From the sequence record OR805294.1: a stretch of DNA of 64,000 nucleotides. The stretch is one strand, 5' to 3'. Below the pieces are notes generated by a model. The model did no database searches and was not told the origin of the DNA. It worked only from the letters and a program-made list of their open reading frames with translations. This document shows positions 56,139 through 64,000 of the stretch, one piece after another; positions within the stretch are counted from its first letter, which is position 1, and the number at the start of each line of letters is the position of its first letter. Made by a program: the position numbers and the translations under genes.

Positions 56139-56951
56139 ATGTCTCATCGTAAGGAACTAGAAAAAGTTCTAGATCTTCTACTAAATGAAAATGCAGAACA
56201 AGCTTCGGCATTATTACATCAAATTGTTGTAGCTAAAGCTCGTGATATTTACGAACAAGAATCTGCAGATTTTGAAGAAGATTTTGTAAATGAAGAAGTA
56301 GGTGGCGACAGCCGCGAATCGTTTATCGACGACATTAAATCTGACGAAGAAGAAATCGATGCAGATGAAATGTTTGATGATCAGTCTAGCGAATTAAATT
56401 CTGAAGATGAAGAAGAAGCTGATGTTGATCAAGATATAGAAGATAAAGTAGAAGATCTAGAAGCTCAGTTAGCTGCATTAAAAGCAGAATTTGAAACTCT
56501 AGTAAGTCAAGAAGAAGATGAACCGTATCATCCTAATTTAGAACAAGATTTAGATGATGCTGCCGCTGATGCCCTAGAAAAATTTGAAAGTTTAGAAGAA
56601 GCAACTAAGTTTAGTGATTCTGTAAACGTAGATATGAAACAAGAAGGTAAATTAGCAGGAACAGGTAATAAAAGTAAAACTGGTTCTGTAGATAAAGAAT
56701 CACCTTTTAGCAAACCTACTCAAAAGAAAAATTACGGAGTAGATCCTGTTAAATTTGCTAAATCTACTAATCAAGGCGCTGAAGCTTCAAAGAAAGCAGA
56801 CGAATCGTGTGATTTGAATACAGAAGCTACTCCTGAAAAAGTTAGCGATCCTGCAATGAAACAAGAAGGTAAATTAGCAGGAACAGGTAATAAAAGTAAA
56901 ACTGGTTCTGTAGATAAAGAATCACCCCTATCTAAAGCACCTAAGAAGTAA
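56139..56951 (+). CDS. Acidic prohead core protein (gp67/68-like position)
   Basis: Highly acidic; upstream of the protease; internal duplication. Confidence 0.75.
   Translation: MSHRKELEKVLDLLLNENAEQASALLHQIVVAKARDIYEQESADFEEDFVNEEVGGDSRESFIDDIKSDEEEIDADEMFDDQSSELNSEDEEEADVDQDIEDKVEDLEAQLAALKAEFETLVSQEEDEPYHPNLEQDLDDAAADALEKFESLEEATKFSDSVNVDMKQEGKLAGTGNKSKTGSVDKESPFSKPTQKKNYGVDPVKFAKSTNQGAEASKKADESCDLNTEATPEKVSDPAMKQEGKLAGTGNKSKTGSVDKESPLSKAPKK
56634..56926 (+). repeat. Perfect 71-bp intragenic direct repeat
   Basis: Copies at 56634-56704 and 56856-56926, encoding MKQEGKLAGTGNKSKTGSVDKESP. Confidence 0.95.
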
Positions 56952-56969
56952 TTTAGGATAAGTATAAGT

Positions 56970-57602
56970 ATGGCTAGACAGCTTTACGAATATATGTCCC
57001 AATCTAAGGGATCGATAATAATAGAACACGGCACTGGACCTGACGGTGCCCGTGATCTATTTATGCGCGGAATATTTATTCAAGGTGATGTAAAAAATCA
57101 TAATCAGCGCATCTATCCCCTACATGAAATATCTCATGCAGTTGAATCAGTAAAAGCAAAAATACAGGAAGGGTTTTCTGTTTTAGGAGAACTCGATCAT
57201 CCAGAAGAATTAACTATTAATTTAGACAGAGTGTCTCATATAATCACAGAAATGTGGATGGAAGGCAACTGCGGCTACGGCAAATTAAAATTATTAGATA
57301 CTCCTACTGGAATTATTGCTAAAAGCTTATTAACTGCCGGAGCCAAATTGGGCGTAAGTTCTCGCGGCTCAGGTAATGTAGGTTATGACGGTGTAGTGAG
57401 CGACTTTGATATTGTAACAGTTGACATTGTTGCACAACCGAGCGCGCCTAATGCATATCCTAAACCTATATATGAAAGTTTATACAACATGAAAGGCGGC
57501 GAAATCATTATGGATTTAGCCCGTAACACACCACAGGATCCTAGTGCAGATAAATATCTCAGTAGGGAAATAATAAAACTTATATCCGAATTGAAAAAAT
57601 AG
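56970..57602 (+). CDS. gp21: Prohead protease
   Basis: GELDHP, VSHII, LGVSSRGSG, DIVAQPSAPNA motifs. Confidence 0.95.
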   Translation: MARQLYEYMSQSKGSIIIEHGTGPDGARDLFMRGIFIQGDVKNHNQRIYPLHEISHAVESVKAKIQEGFSVLGELDHPEELTINLDRVSHIITEMWMEGNCGYGKLKLLDTPTGIIAKSLLTAGAKLGVSSRGSGNVGYDGVVSDFDIVTVDIVAQPSAPNAYPKPIYESLYNMKGGEIIMDLARNTPQDPSADKYLSREIIKLISELKK

Positions 57603-57614
57603 TAGGAGATTTAA

Positions 57615-58721
57615 ATGACAGTGAAGTTCGAACATATCCTAAACGAACAAACTTCTTTAAGTGCAGAAGTAAAATCTGCTATTACAGAAGCATGGGAAGC
57701 TCGTATAGGACAAGTAAAAGAAGAACTCACTGCTGAGCTTCGTGAAGAATTTGCTCGTAAGTTTGCACACGACAAAGAACAACTTGTCGAAGCAATGGAC
57801 AAATTCTTAGAAGAAAAAATCCGCAGTGAAATCGAAGAATTTGCTCAAGACAAACGAGAACTAGCTGCCGAACGAGTTCAAGCTAAAATGCAAGTAAAAG
57901 AACATATCGAAATGCTCGATAAGTTCTTAATAGATGCAGTTTCTAAAGAAGTCAAAGAACTTCGTGAAGATCGCCGTGCAATTAAAGGCAATCTAGAGAA
58001 ACTAGAAGAGTTTGCACTCACTAATCTTGCAACCGAAGTTAAAGAGCTTCGGGAAGAAAAGCAAGCATTAGTTCGTCAGAAAGTTAAATTAATTAGTGAA
58101 GCAAAAAAACAATTAGCAGAAACTAAAAAGCAGTTCATAAAGAAAGCGTCGCAAATAGTAGACACAAACATTAATAGCGTATTGCAAGAAGAAATAAAGC
58201 AATATAAAGAAGATATTGATGCTGCTCGTCGAAATGACTTTGGACGTCGTTTATTTGAAGCTTTTGCTGCAGAGTACATGACTTCGCATCTAAACGAAGG
58301 TAGTGAACTTAAGAAACTCAAAAATATTCTTATACAAAAAGAAGAAGCCCTTAATGAAGCTTTATCTCATGTAGAAGAACGTGAAGCACTTGCAGAAAAT
58401 CTACGCACTCGCATTTCTGTATTAGAAGAGCGTGTTAAACGTAGCTCTGTAATGTCTGAATTGTTAGCTCCGCTAAATAAAGAAAAGCGTAGTGTAATGC
58501 AAGATCTTTTAGAGTCTGTAAAAACAGAACATTTAAAAGTTGCATATAACAAATATTTGCCAGCAGTGCTAGATTGTAGTGCAGCACCGGCAAGTAAAAA
58601 AGAAGCTCTAACTGAGTCAGCAAGAGCTGTAAAAACTGGTAACAGGGCGTCTAGCGTTGCCCAGCAAGATGACTCATCTGTAGGCGTTGAAGAATTAAGA
58701 CGCCTAGCAGGCATTAAGTAA
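57615..58721 (+). CDS. gp22: Prohead scaffold protein
   Basis: Glu/Lys-rich coiled coil between protease and capsid genes; FGRRLFEAF. Confidence 0.9.
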   Translation: MTVKFEHILNEQTSLSAEVKSAITEAWEARIGQVKEELTAELREEFARKFAHDKEQLVEAMDKFLEEKIRSEIEEFAQDKRELAAERVQAKMQVKEHIEMLDKFLIDAVSKEVKELREDRRAIKGNLEKLEEFALTNLATEVKELREEKQALVRQKVKLISEAKKQLAETKKQFIKKASQIVDTNINSVLQEEIKQYKEDIDAARRNDFGRRLFEAFAAEYMTSHLNEGSELKKLKNILIQKEEALNEALSHVEEREALAENLRTRISVLEERVKRSSVMSELLAPLNKEKRSVMQDLLESVKTEHLKVAYNKYLPAVLDCSAAPASKKEALTESARAVKTGNRASSVAQQDDSSVGVEELRRLAGIK

Positions 58722-58740
58722 TTAGGAGAATAACTTAAAA

Positions 58741-59928
58741 ATGTCTAATCGTCTATTTGAAAGCAACTGGGCTGCTACTAAAAGCGCCCTCACTGAAGGT
58801 CTAAAAGGTCAACGTAAGTCGACCATGGACGCAGTAATGGAAAACACTAAGCGTTTCTTAGTTGAAAATGCTTCCGCCGGTGCAACCCAAGCCGGTAACA
58901 TAGCTACTATCAACAAAGTGATGCTACCCCTAATCCGTCGTGTTATGCCTTCCGTTATTGCTAACGAAATTATGGGTGTACAGCCTATGACTGGTCCCGT
59001 AGGTCAGATACATACCCTACGTGTTCGTTATGCTGATACTGCATCTGGTGTTCAAGCTGGTACTGAAGCACTAAGCCCGTTCGATATTGCAAAAGCATAT
59101 TCCGGTAACGAAGCTTTAAACAACAGCACTAACCCAGTTCCAGGCGCTGCCAACACTTCTCGTATGGAAGGTTTTGCTGGTAATCGCATGAACATTCAAA
59201 TTCTAAAAGAAACCGTAGAAGCACGTACTCGTCGTCTAAGCGCTCGCTGGACCTTCGAATCTGCACAGGATGCTAACGCTCTTCACGGTATAGATATAGA
59301 AGCTGAAATCATGCAAGCTTTAGCTCAAGAAATTACCGTCGAAATCGACCAAGAAATGCTAAATCGTCTACGTATTTTAGCTGGTCCGGCTCCTGTAACT
59401 TATAACCAAGCTGCTGTATCTGGTACTGCTACTTATGTTGGTGATGAACATGCTGCATTAGCTGTAATGATCAACCAACAGGCTAACTTAGTTGCTGCTC
59501 GTACTCGTCGCGGCGCTGCTAACTGGGCTGTTATTTCGCCTAACGCACTAACTGTTCTACAGTCTGCAACTACTTCGACTTTTGCTCGTACTACTGAAGG
59601 TGTATTTGAAGCGCCTACTAACGTTAAATTTGCAGGTACCTTAAACGGAACTATGCGCATTTATGTAGATACTTATGCTGCTGAAGATGAAAAAGTTTTA
59701 ATCGGTTATAAGGGTTCGACTGAAACTGATGCTGCTGCATTCTTCTGCCCGTATATTCCGTTAATGAGCACTGGTCCGGTAATTGATCCTACTACTTTCG
59801 AGCCTGTAGTATCATTTATGTCCAGATACGGTTACTTAGAACTCACCAATACTGCTAACTCGCTGGGTAACGGTGCTGACTATCTAAGTTCGATTGCTAT
59901 AGATGCATCCACTCTTAAATTCTTCTAA
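58741..59928 (+). CDS. gp23: Major capsid protein
   Basis: IRRVMP...GVQPMTGPVGQI; RRLSARWT; EIDQE; FFCPYIPL; SRYG motifs. Confidence 0.97.
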   Translation: MSNRLFESNWAATKSALTEGLKGQRKSTMDAVMENTKRFLVENASAGATQAGNIATINKVMLPLIRRVMPSVIANEIMGVQPMTGPVGQIHTLRVRYADTASGVQAGTEALSPFDIAKAYSGNEALNNSTNPVPGAANTSRMEGFAGNRMNIQILKETVEARTRRLSARWTFESAQDANALHGIDIEAEIMQALAQEITVEIDQEMLNRLRILAGPAPVTYNQAAVSGTATYVGDEHAALAVMINQQANLVAARTRRGAANWAVISPNALTVLQSATTSTFARTTEGVFEAPTNVKFAGTLNGTMRIYVDTYAAEDEKVLIGYKGSTETDAAAFFCPYIPLMSTGPVIDPTTFEPVVSFMSRYGYLELTNTANSLGNGADYLSSIAIDASTLKFF

Positions 59929-59963
59929 TAATAACAAGTTATACTTGTTATTCGAAGAATACC

Positions 59964-59997
59964 AAAAAAAGTGTAGTAGAAATACTACACTTTTTTA
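59964..59997 (+). terminator. Intrinsic terminator
   Basis: GTGTAGTA-GAAA-TACTACAC followed by T6. Confidence 0.9.
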
Positions 59998-60026
59998 TTG
60001 ACTAGAAAAAAATAATTTGTTAGTAT
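59998..60026 (+). promoter_or_regulatory. sigma70-type promoter
   Basis: TTGACT-17-TAGTAT with TGn. Confidence 0.7.
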
Positions 60027-60046
60027 TATAAAAAACTATTTTATAT

Positions 60047-61624
60047 ATGTCAGACTTAATAATACAAATAAAAGAATTGATAAAAAGTAAACCAAAGCAT
60101 TTCAGTGTTTTGATTAAAAAAGATTTAAAATTAGCAGAATTTGTAGAGCAACACTGCACTAATCCCTATAATACTGTGTATGCTGCTAAAGTGTATACTG
60201 CTATAACCGGCGAAAAAGAAGAATGCAAATACGGAAACACAAAAAAATTTAATTCAATAAATGACGGGTTTAGATTTTGTGGTACTGCATCCTCGTGCAA
60301 GTGTTGTAAAGAAAGTGTATCTAATAACTTAGTGCAATCAAAAAAGATAGAAAATAAAGAAATATCAAAGAAAAAGCGTGAAAAAACTAATCTAAAAAAA
60401 TACGGAGTATCAAATACTGGGCAATCTGCTATTGCTCTACAAAATCATGCAAAATTTTACGAAAATAAACAAAATGTAGACAAAGTAACGTCTAAGATAA
60501 AGCACACTAAGTCAATAAAATACGGTAACAAAAATTTTAATGGTAATAAATGGTATTCTAAAATATCGGAAAAACTAAAAGAAAATAATTTATCTTTTAC
60601 TATACAAGAACATGAATATAAAGGTATGGCAGAAACATATTGCATAAAATGTGGAACCTGTAATACCACTTTTATGTCTAAGGTTAGATATAGTAGTATA
60701 CCGACTTGTGCAATATGTATGCCAGAATTGACAGTATGTAATTCAACACAAGAACAAGAATTATTTAATTTTATAAGACAACATTATTCTGGAGAAATAA
60801 TAACTGGATCTAGAAAAATATTAGATTCTGGAAAAAGTTTAGATATATACCTTCCTGAAAAAAATCTTGCGATAGAATATAATGAGCTTTATTGGCATGT
60901 AATGGATAACGATCGTTTACCGCACATAACCAAAACGTATCATTATGACAAATATATAGGTTGTAAAGAAAAGGGAATATCGTTAATTACTATATATGGA
61001 CATTTGTATAACTCTAAAAAAACTATAATAGAAAACAGATTACTTCATAAATTAGGCTATACACAAGAGACGGTATATGCTAGAAAATGTATTATTAAAG
61101 ATGTGCCTTCTGCAGAAGAAAAAGAATTTTTGAATAAAACGCATATACAAGGTTATGTTCCGTCATCTATAAAATACGGATTGTATTTTAATGATGTATT
61201 AGTTGCATTAATGAGTTTTATAAAATCATCTAACAGAAACATTTCGGGAAATAACAGATACGACTACGAATTGCTTAGATATGCAACATCTTGTTCGGTA
61301 CTAGGCGGTGCATCTAAATTGTTTTCTCATTTTGTAAAGAATAATATTCCTAATTCTATAGTTTCATATTCACAAAACGAATGGAATACAGGCAATGTTT
61401 ACCGTATATTAGGGTTCAAACAAGAACCTAAAATAAACATAGGATATTGGTATGTAAGTCCGGATTTTTGTAAAGTATATCATAGGACTAATTATACTAA
61501 AAAGAAATTAATAGAACATGGCTTTAATTCAAATAAGTCAGAACACCAGATAATGGAAGAGCGTGGATTTAGACGACTATATGATTGTGGTAATACCAAA
61601 TGGGTGTGGGAAAACAAAATATAA
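60047..61624 (+). CDS. Free-standing homing endonuclease-like protein (Hef-like, PD-(D/E)xK domain, Zn motifs)
   Basis: LDIYLPEKNLAIEYNxLYWH; YARKC...FLNKTHIQG; CGTC/CAIC motifs. Confidence 0.8.
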   Translation: MSDLIIQIKELIKSKPKHFSVLIKKDLKLAEFVEQHCTNPYNTVYAAKVYTAITGEKEECKYGNTKKFNSINDGFRFCGTASSCKCCKESVSNNLVQSKKIENKEISKKKREKTNLKKYGVSNTGQSAIALQNHAKFYENKQNVDKVTSKIKHTKSIKYGNKNFNGNKWYSKISEKLKENNLSFTIQEHEYKGMAETYCIKCGTCNTTFMSKVRYSSIPTCAICMPELTVCNSTQEQELFNFIRQHYSGEIITGSRKILDSGKSLDIYLPEKNLAIEYNELYWHVMDNDRLPHITKTYHYDKYIGCKEKGISLITIYGHLYNSKKTIIENRLLHKLGYTQETVYARKCIIKDVPSAEEKEFLNKTHIQGYVPSSIKYGLYFNDVLVALMSFIKSSNRNISGNNRYDYELLRYATSCSVLGGASKLFSHFVKNNIPNSIVSYSQNEWNTGNVYRILGFKQEPKINIGYWYVSPDFCKVYHRTNYTKKKLIEHGFNSNKSEHQIMEERGFRRLYDCGNTKWVWENKI

Positions 61625-61675
61625 GTTTTTAAAATACAGAGTTGTGTTATACTTTAAAAATAAAAGGGGTTTTTA

Positions 61676-62140
61676 GTGTCAGACATAGTTGATATACGTT
61701 TTGAGTTTGTAGGATACGATTCAGACATAAAATACGTAAATAATTGCGAAAATAGTGGATGTTATGATGAGGGTATATGTCGTTGTGGACATTTTGAAGA
61801 TACAGATATAAATGGTATACCAGATGATCCCGAATATATTTTTCCAACTAAAATGTCTGTATGGAGACGAGTAGGATATAATGGAATATATGATGATTAC
61901 AAACATAGTTACTATGAAATCACTGAATCCGATAGAAAATATTTTGCAAAAATAATGCATTTTATCGGTTATACACTAGATTCTTTTTATTTTGATATCG
62001 AATCGGGGTACTATGGCGAAGAAGGCGGAGATCTAGTACACGATAAACAGGGCTTGTTAAAATCTGCCATGATTGACATTTTAAACAGACCTGACGAAGA
62101 AGACAGATTGGTGTATTTATTATCTAAAACTTGGGAATAA
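61676..62140 (+). CDS. Cys-rich hypothetical protein (154 aa), paralogue of the next gene
   Basis: CENSGCYDEGICRCG and ESGYYGEEGG motifs. Confidence 0.75.
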   Translation: MSDIVDIRFEFVGYDSDIKYVNNCENSGCYDEGICRCGHFEDTDINGIPDDPEYIFPTKMSVWRRVGYNGIYDDYKHSYYEITESDRKYFAKIMHFIGYTLDSFYFDIESGYYGEEGGDLVHDKQGLLKSAMIDILNRPDEEDRLVYLLSKTWE

Positions 62141-62141
62141 T

Positions 62142-62840
62142 ATGGATACATTCATTACATTTTATGGCAGATACTATGCAACTTTAGATTACGAACTGCA
62201 ACACAATTGTAATAACGATTGTATAGAAAGCGGAATATGCAGATGTTCTGTAATAACATCCCCTGTAGTGGTATCTATCAATAACTATAAAGTGTATGAT
62301 ATGGTCGAGGTGTTAGTAAATAAACCCGATTTAAACGGAACACCTAGATGTGTTAGATATATGTATAGTCAAATAGAGCAATATTGTGTAGAAAGAATCA
62401 TAACAAAACATAAAATTTTAGACGGTTCACTATATTATGTAACTGTAGAACGTGGTTATTACGGTGATGAAATCGGTGACATAATCCATGAAAATGAACA
62501 AAATGCAATGGATGATATATTAACGATGATTTCATTAAAAACCGATATAGAAAAACTACATTATGTTTTAATGTTAGAATACGGGTATATTGCTCCTATA
62601 ATTTCTGAGTGTAAAAACTTGGCTATTAAAAAAGTATGTATAAACGATATAGTTCCTACTATTGCATATAAAAGTATGGAACCTCAGCATACCTATCATT
62701 TAGATGTATATGATGATATGATAATGGGTGTGCTAAAGGGAAATAAATTGATTGATGGTAATCATAGATATTCATTTTATATGAATAAAATGAGAGATAA
62801 AAATAAAGATAACTTTGTATATTATATAGAATTATCTTAA
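62142..62840 (+). CDS. Cys-rich protein with C-terminal ParB-like motif (232 aa)
   Basis: CNNDCIESGICRCS, ERGYYGDEIG, LIDGNHRY. Confidence 0.8.
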   Translation: MDTFITFYGRYYATLDYELQHNCNNDCIESGICRCSVITSPVVVSINNYKVYDMVEVLVNKPDLNGTPRCVRYMYSQIEQYCVERIITKHKILDGSLYYVTVERGYYGDEIGDIIHENEQNAMDDILTMISLKTDIEKLHYVLMLEYGYIAPIISECKNLAIKKVCINDIVPTIAYKSMEPQHTYHLDVYDDMIMGVLKGNKLIDGNHRYSFYMNKMRDKNKDNFVYYIELS

Positions 62841-62850
62841 CGGTGTATAT

Positions 62851-63156
62851 ATGAAAACAATAGGCGTGGATTATGATGACACTATATCACAAGATGATAA
62901 CGGATGGTTATCTGTATTACTTGCACTTGAGCATATTGGATACAGGGTTGTTATTGTTACTTACCGTAATCCTACCTGCTATCCAGAAGATCTTCAATTT
63001 TTAATAGATAAAGGATATAAGGTATACTTTACAAGTCAACATGCTAAAAGAACGTATATGGAAAATCTTGGCATAGATATAGATATTTGGATAGACGATA
63101 GTCCTGAATCTATATTATATAATTATGATTCATATTTAGGTAAGTATATAAAATAA
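62851..63156 (+). CDS. Small HAD-superfamily hydrolase
   Basis: DYDDT motif I, IVTYR motif II, WIDD motif IV. Confidence 0.8.
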   Translation: MKTIGVDYDDTISQDDNGWLSVLLALEHIGYRVVIVTYRNPTCYPEDLQFLIDKGYKVYFTSQHAKRTYMENLGIDIDIWIDDSPESILYNYDSYLGKYIK

Positions 63157-63183
63157 AAAAAAGGAGCATAATGCTCCTTTTTT
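63155..63183 (+). terminator. Intrinsic terminator
   Basis: AAAAAAGGAGC-ATAAT-GCTCCTTTTTT. Confidence 0.85.
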
Positions 63184-63186
63184 ATT

Positions 63187-63194
63187 GATAAATA
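63187..63194 (+). promoter_or_regulatory. Late promoter (GATAAATA)
   Basis: Upstream of the virion gene at 63219. Confidence 0.7.
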
Positions 63195-63218
63195 TATGCA
63201 TCTTAAGGAATAAGGTGT

Positions 63219-64000
63219 ATGTCGAGTAAAATTAAATTCACGGATCAATATATCCTATCTAGTGTTGGGCAAACTTCTAATAATATAGTATATTTGCAAG
63301 TAAATGATGATCAACAATTAGTTGTTACTCATCCTATGTATGCAACTGAATGGTCTACATTAGGTGGGCTTAGAGTAACAGGTGATCAGTCTAAATTTGA
63401 TGGATCATTAGAAGTTGGATATGAATTGCTAGTAGGACAAACATCTACCTTTAACAACGACATGGTAGTAAACGGTTTAGTTACAGTAAACAGAGATTCT
63501 CTAGATGCAATGCTCATTCACGGGAATGTTACATTACATGGCAACTTAACTGTAGTAGGTAGCAGCTCAGGGACTACACCCGGGCAAGTAACTATTTCCG
63601 ACAACATTATGGTCGTGAATACAGATGACGTAGGTCCGGGCGTCACTGCAACATATTCTGGTTTTGAAGTCCAGCGTGGAATTCCCGTAGGCGAAACTAA
63701 TAGTCACGGTGAACCTGGCCAAGGTAAATTGCCTTCTGCTGGATTAGTTTGGAATGAAGTGCAAAAATCCTGGGATCTTAATTATAACCCTATTCTTTCT
63801 GAAAAATTACCACAAAATCCTAGAATAATTAACTTAGGGCAGCCAGTTGCTGACAACGATGCTTCTACAAAAAAATATGTGAATGATAGCATAACTGCTG
63901 CACTTGACGATGATATTTATTTAGATAGACTTACTGATGTAACAATTTCTTCTCCGGCTAATAAAAATATACTACAGTACGATTCTTCTACATCGCAGTG
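63219..64000 (+). CDS. Virion structural/fibre-like protein, 3'-truncated by the window
   Basis: Open from ATG63219 (MSSKIKFTDQ) to the end; INLGQPVADNDASTKKYV and LDRLTDVTI motifs; AAGG RBS. Confidence 0.8.
   Translation, partial: MSSKIKFTDQYILSSVGQTSNNIVYLQVNDDQQLVVTHPMYATEWSTLGGLRVTGDQSKFDGSLEVGYELLVGQTSTFNNDMVVNGLVTVNRDSLDAMLIHGNVTLHGNLTVVGSSSGTTPGQVTISDNIMVVNTDDVGPGVTATYSGFEVQRGIPVGETNSHGEPGQGKLPSAGLVWNEVQKSWDLNYNPILSEKLPQNPRIINLGQPVADNDASTKKYVNDSITAALDDDIYLDRLTDVTISSPANKNILQYDSSTSQ

Noticed and set aside
18802-59660. Short opposite-strand ORFs inside the structural genes
   Set aside because: Antisense shadows of long, motif-supported CDSs.
1-64000. tRNA or rRNA genes
   Set aside because: No cloverleaf with TTCRA/CCA pattern or rRNA signature was found by eye; tRNAscan/ARAGORN would be decisive.

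Overview
64-kb segment of an AT-rich jumbo myovirus with T4-like core genes. It is probably a Pseudomonas-infecting, PA5oct-like phage; this is inferred from gene content and from several Pseudomonas-like GC-rich genes. Layout: (i) 1-11.7 kb, an early module array of small genes, each flanked by an intrinsic terminator and a sigma70 promoter, with about 15 copies of a 27-bp Fur-box-like palindrome in the intergenic DNA, a 113-bp duplicated cassette and a candidate sRNA; (ii) 11.7-17.3 kb, a repeat-rich non-coding stretch, then a chain of tiny AT-rich coupled ORFs with a macrodomain-like gene inside it; (iii) 17.3-43.6 kb, a minus-strand tail-fibre/baseplate operon including a 3857-aa protein; (iv) 43.7-48.6 kb, gp55-like sigma factor, gp47/gp46, a ParB-domain protein and a resolvase; (v) 48.7-50.0 kb, a perfect sigma70 promoter driving a ~950-nt, highly base-paired region with no ORF of 60 aa or more (large ncRNA candidate), followed by a hairpin cluster; (vi) 50.5-60 kb, a gp26-like chaperone with an unannotated -1 frameshift extension, tape-measure-like protein, portal, prohead core, protease, scaffold and major capsid protein; (vii) 60-64 kb, a free-standing endonuclease, two Cys-rich paralogues, a HAD protein and a truncated virion protein. 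No tRNA, rRNA or CRISPR array was seen. All alignments, folds and counts were done by eye.
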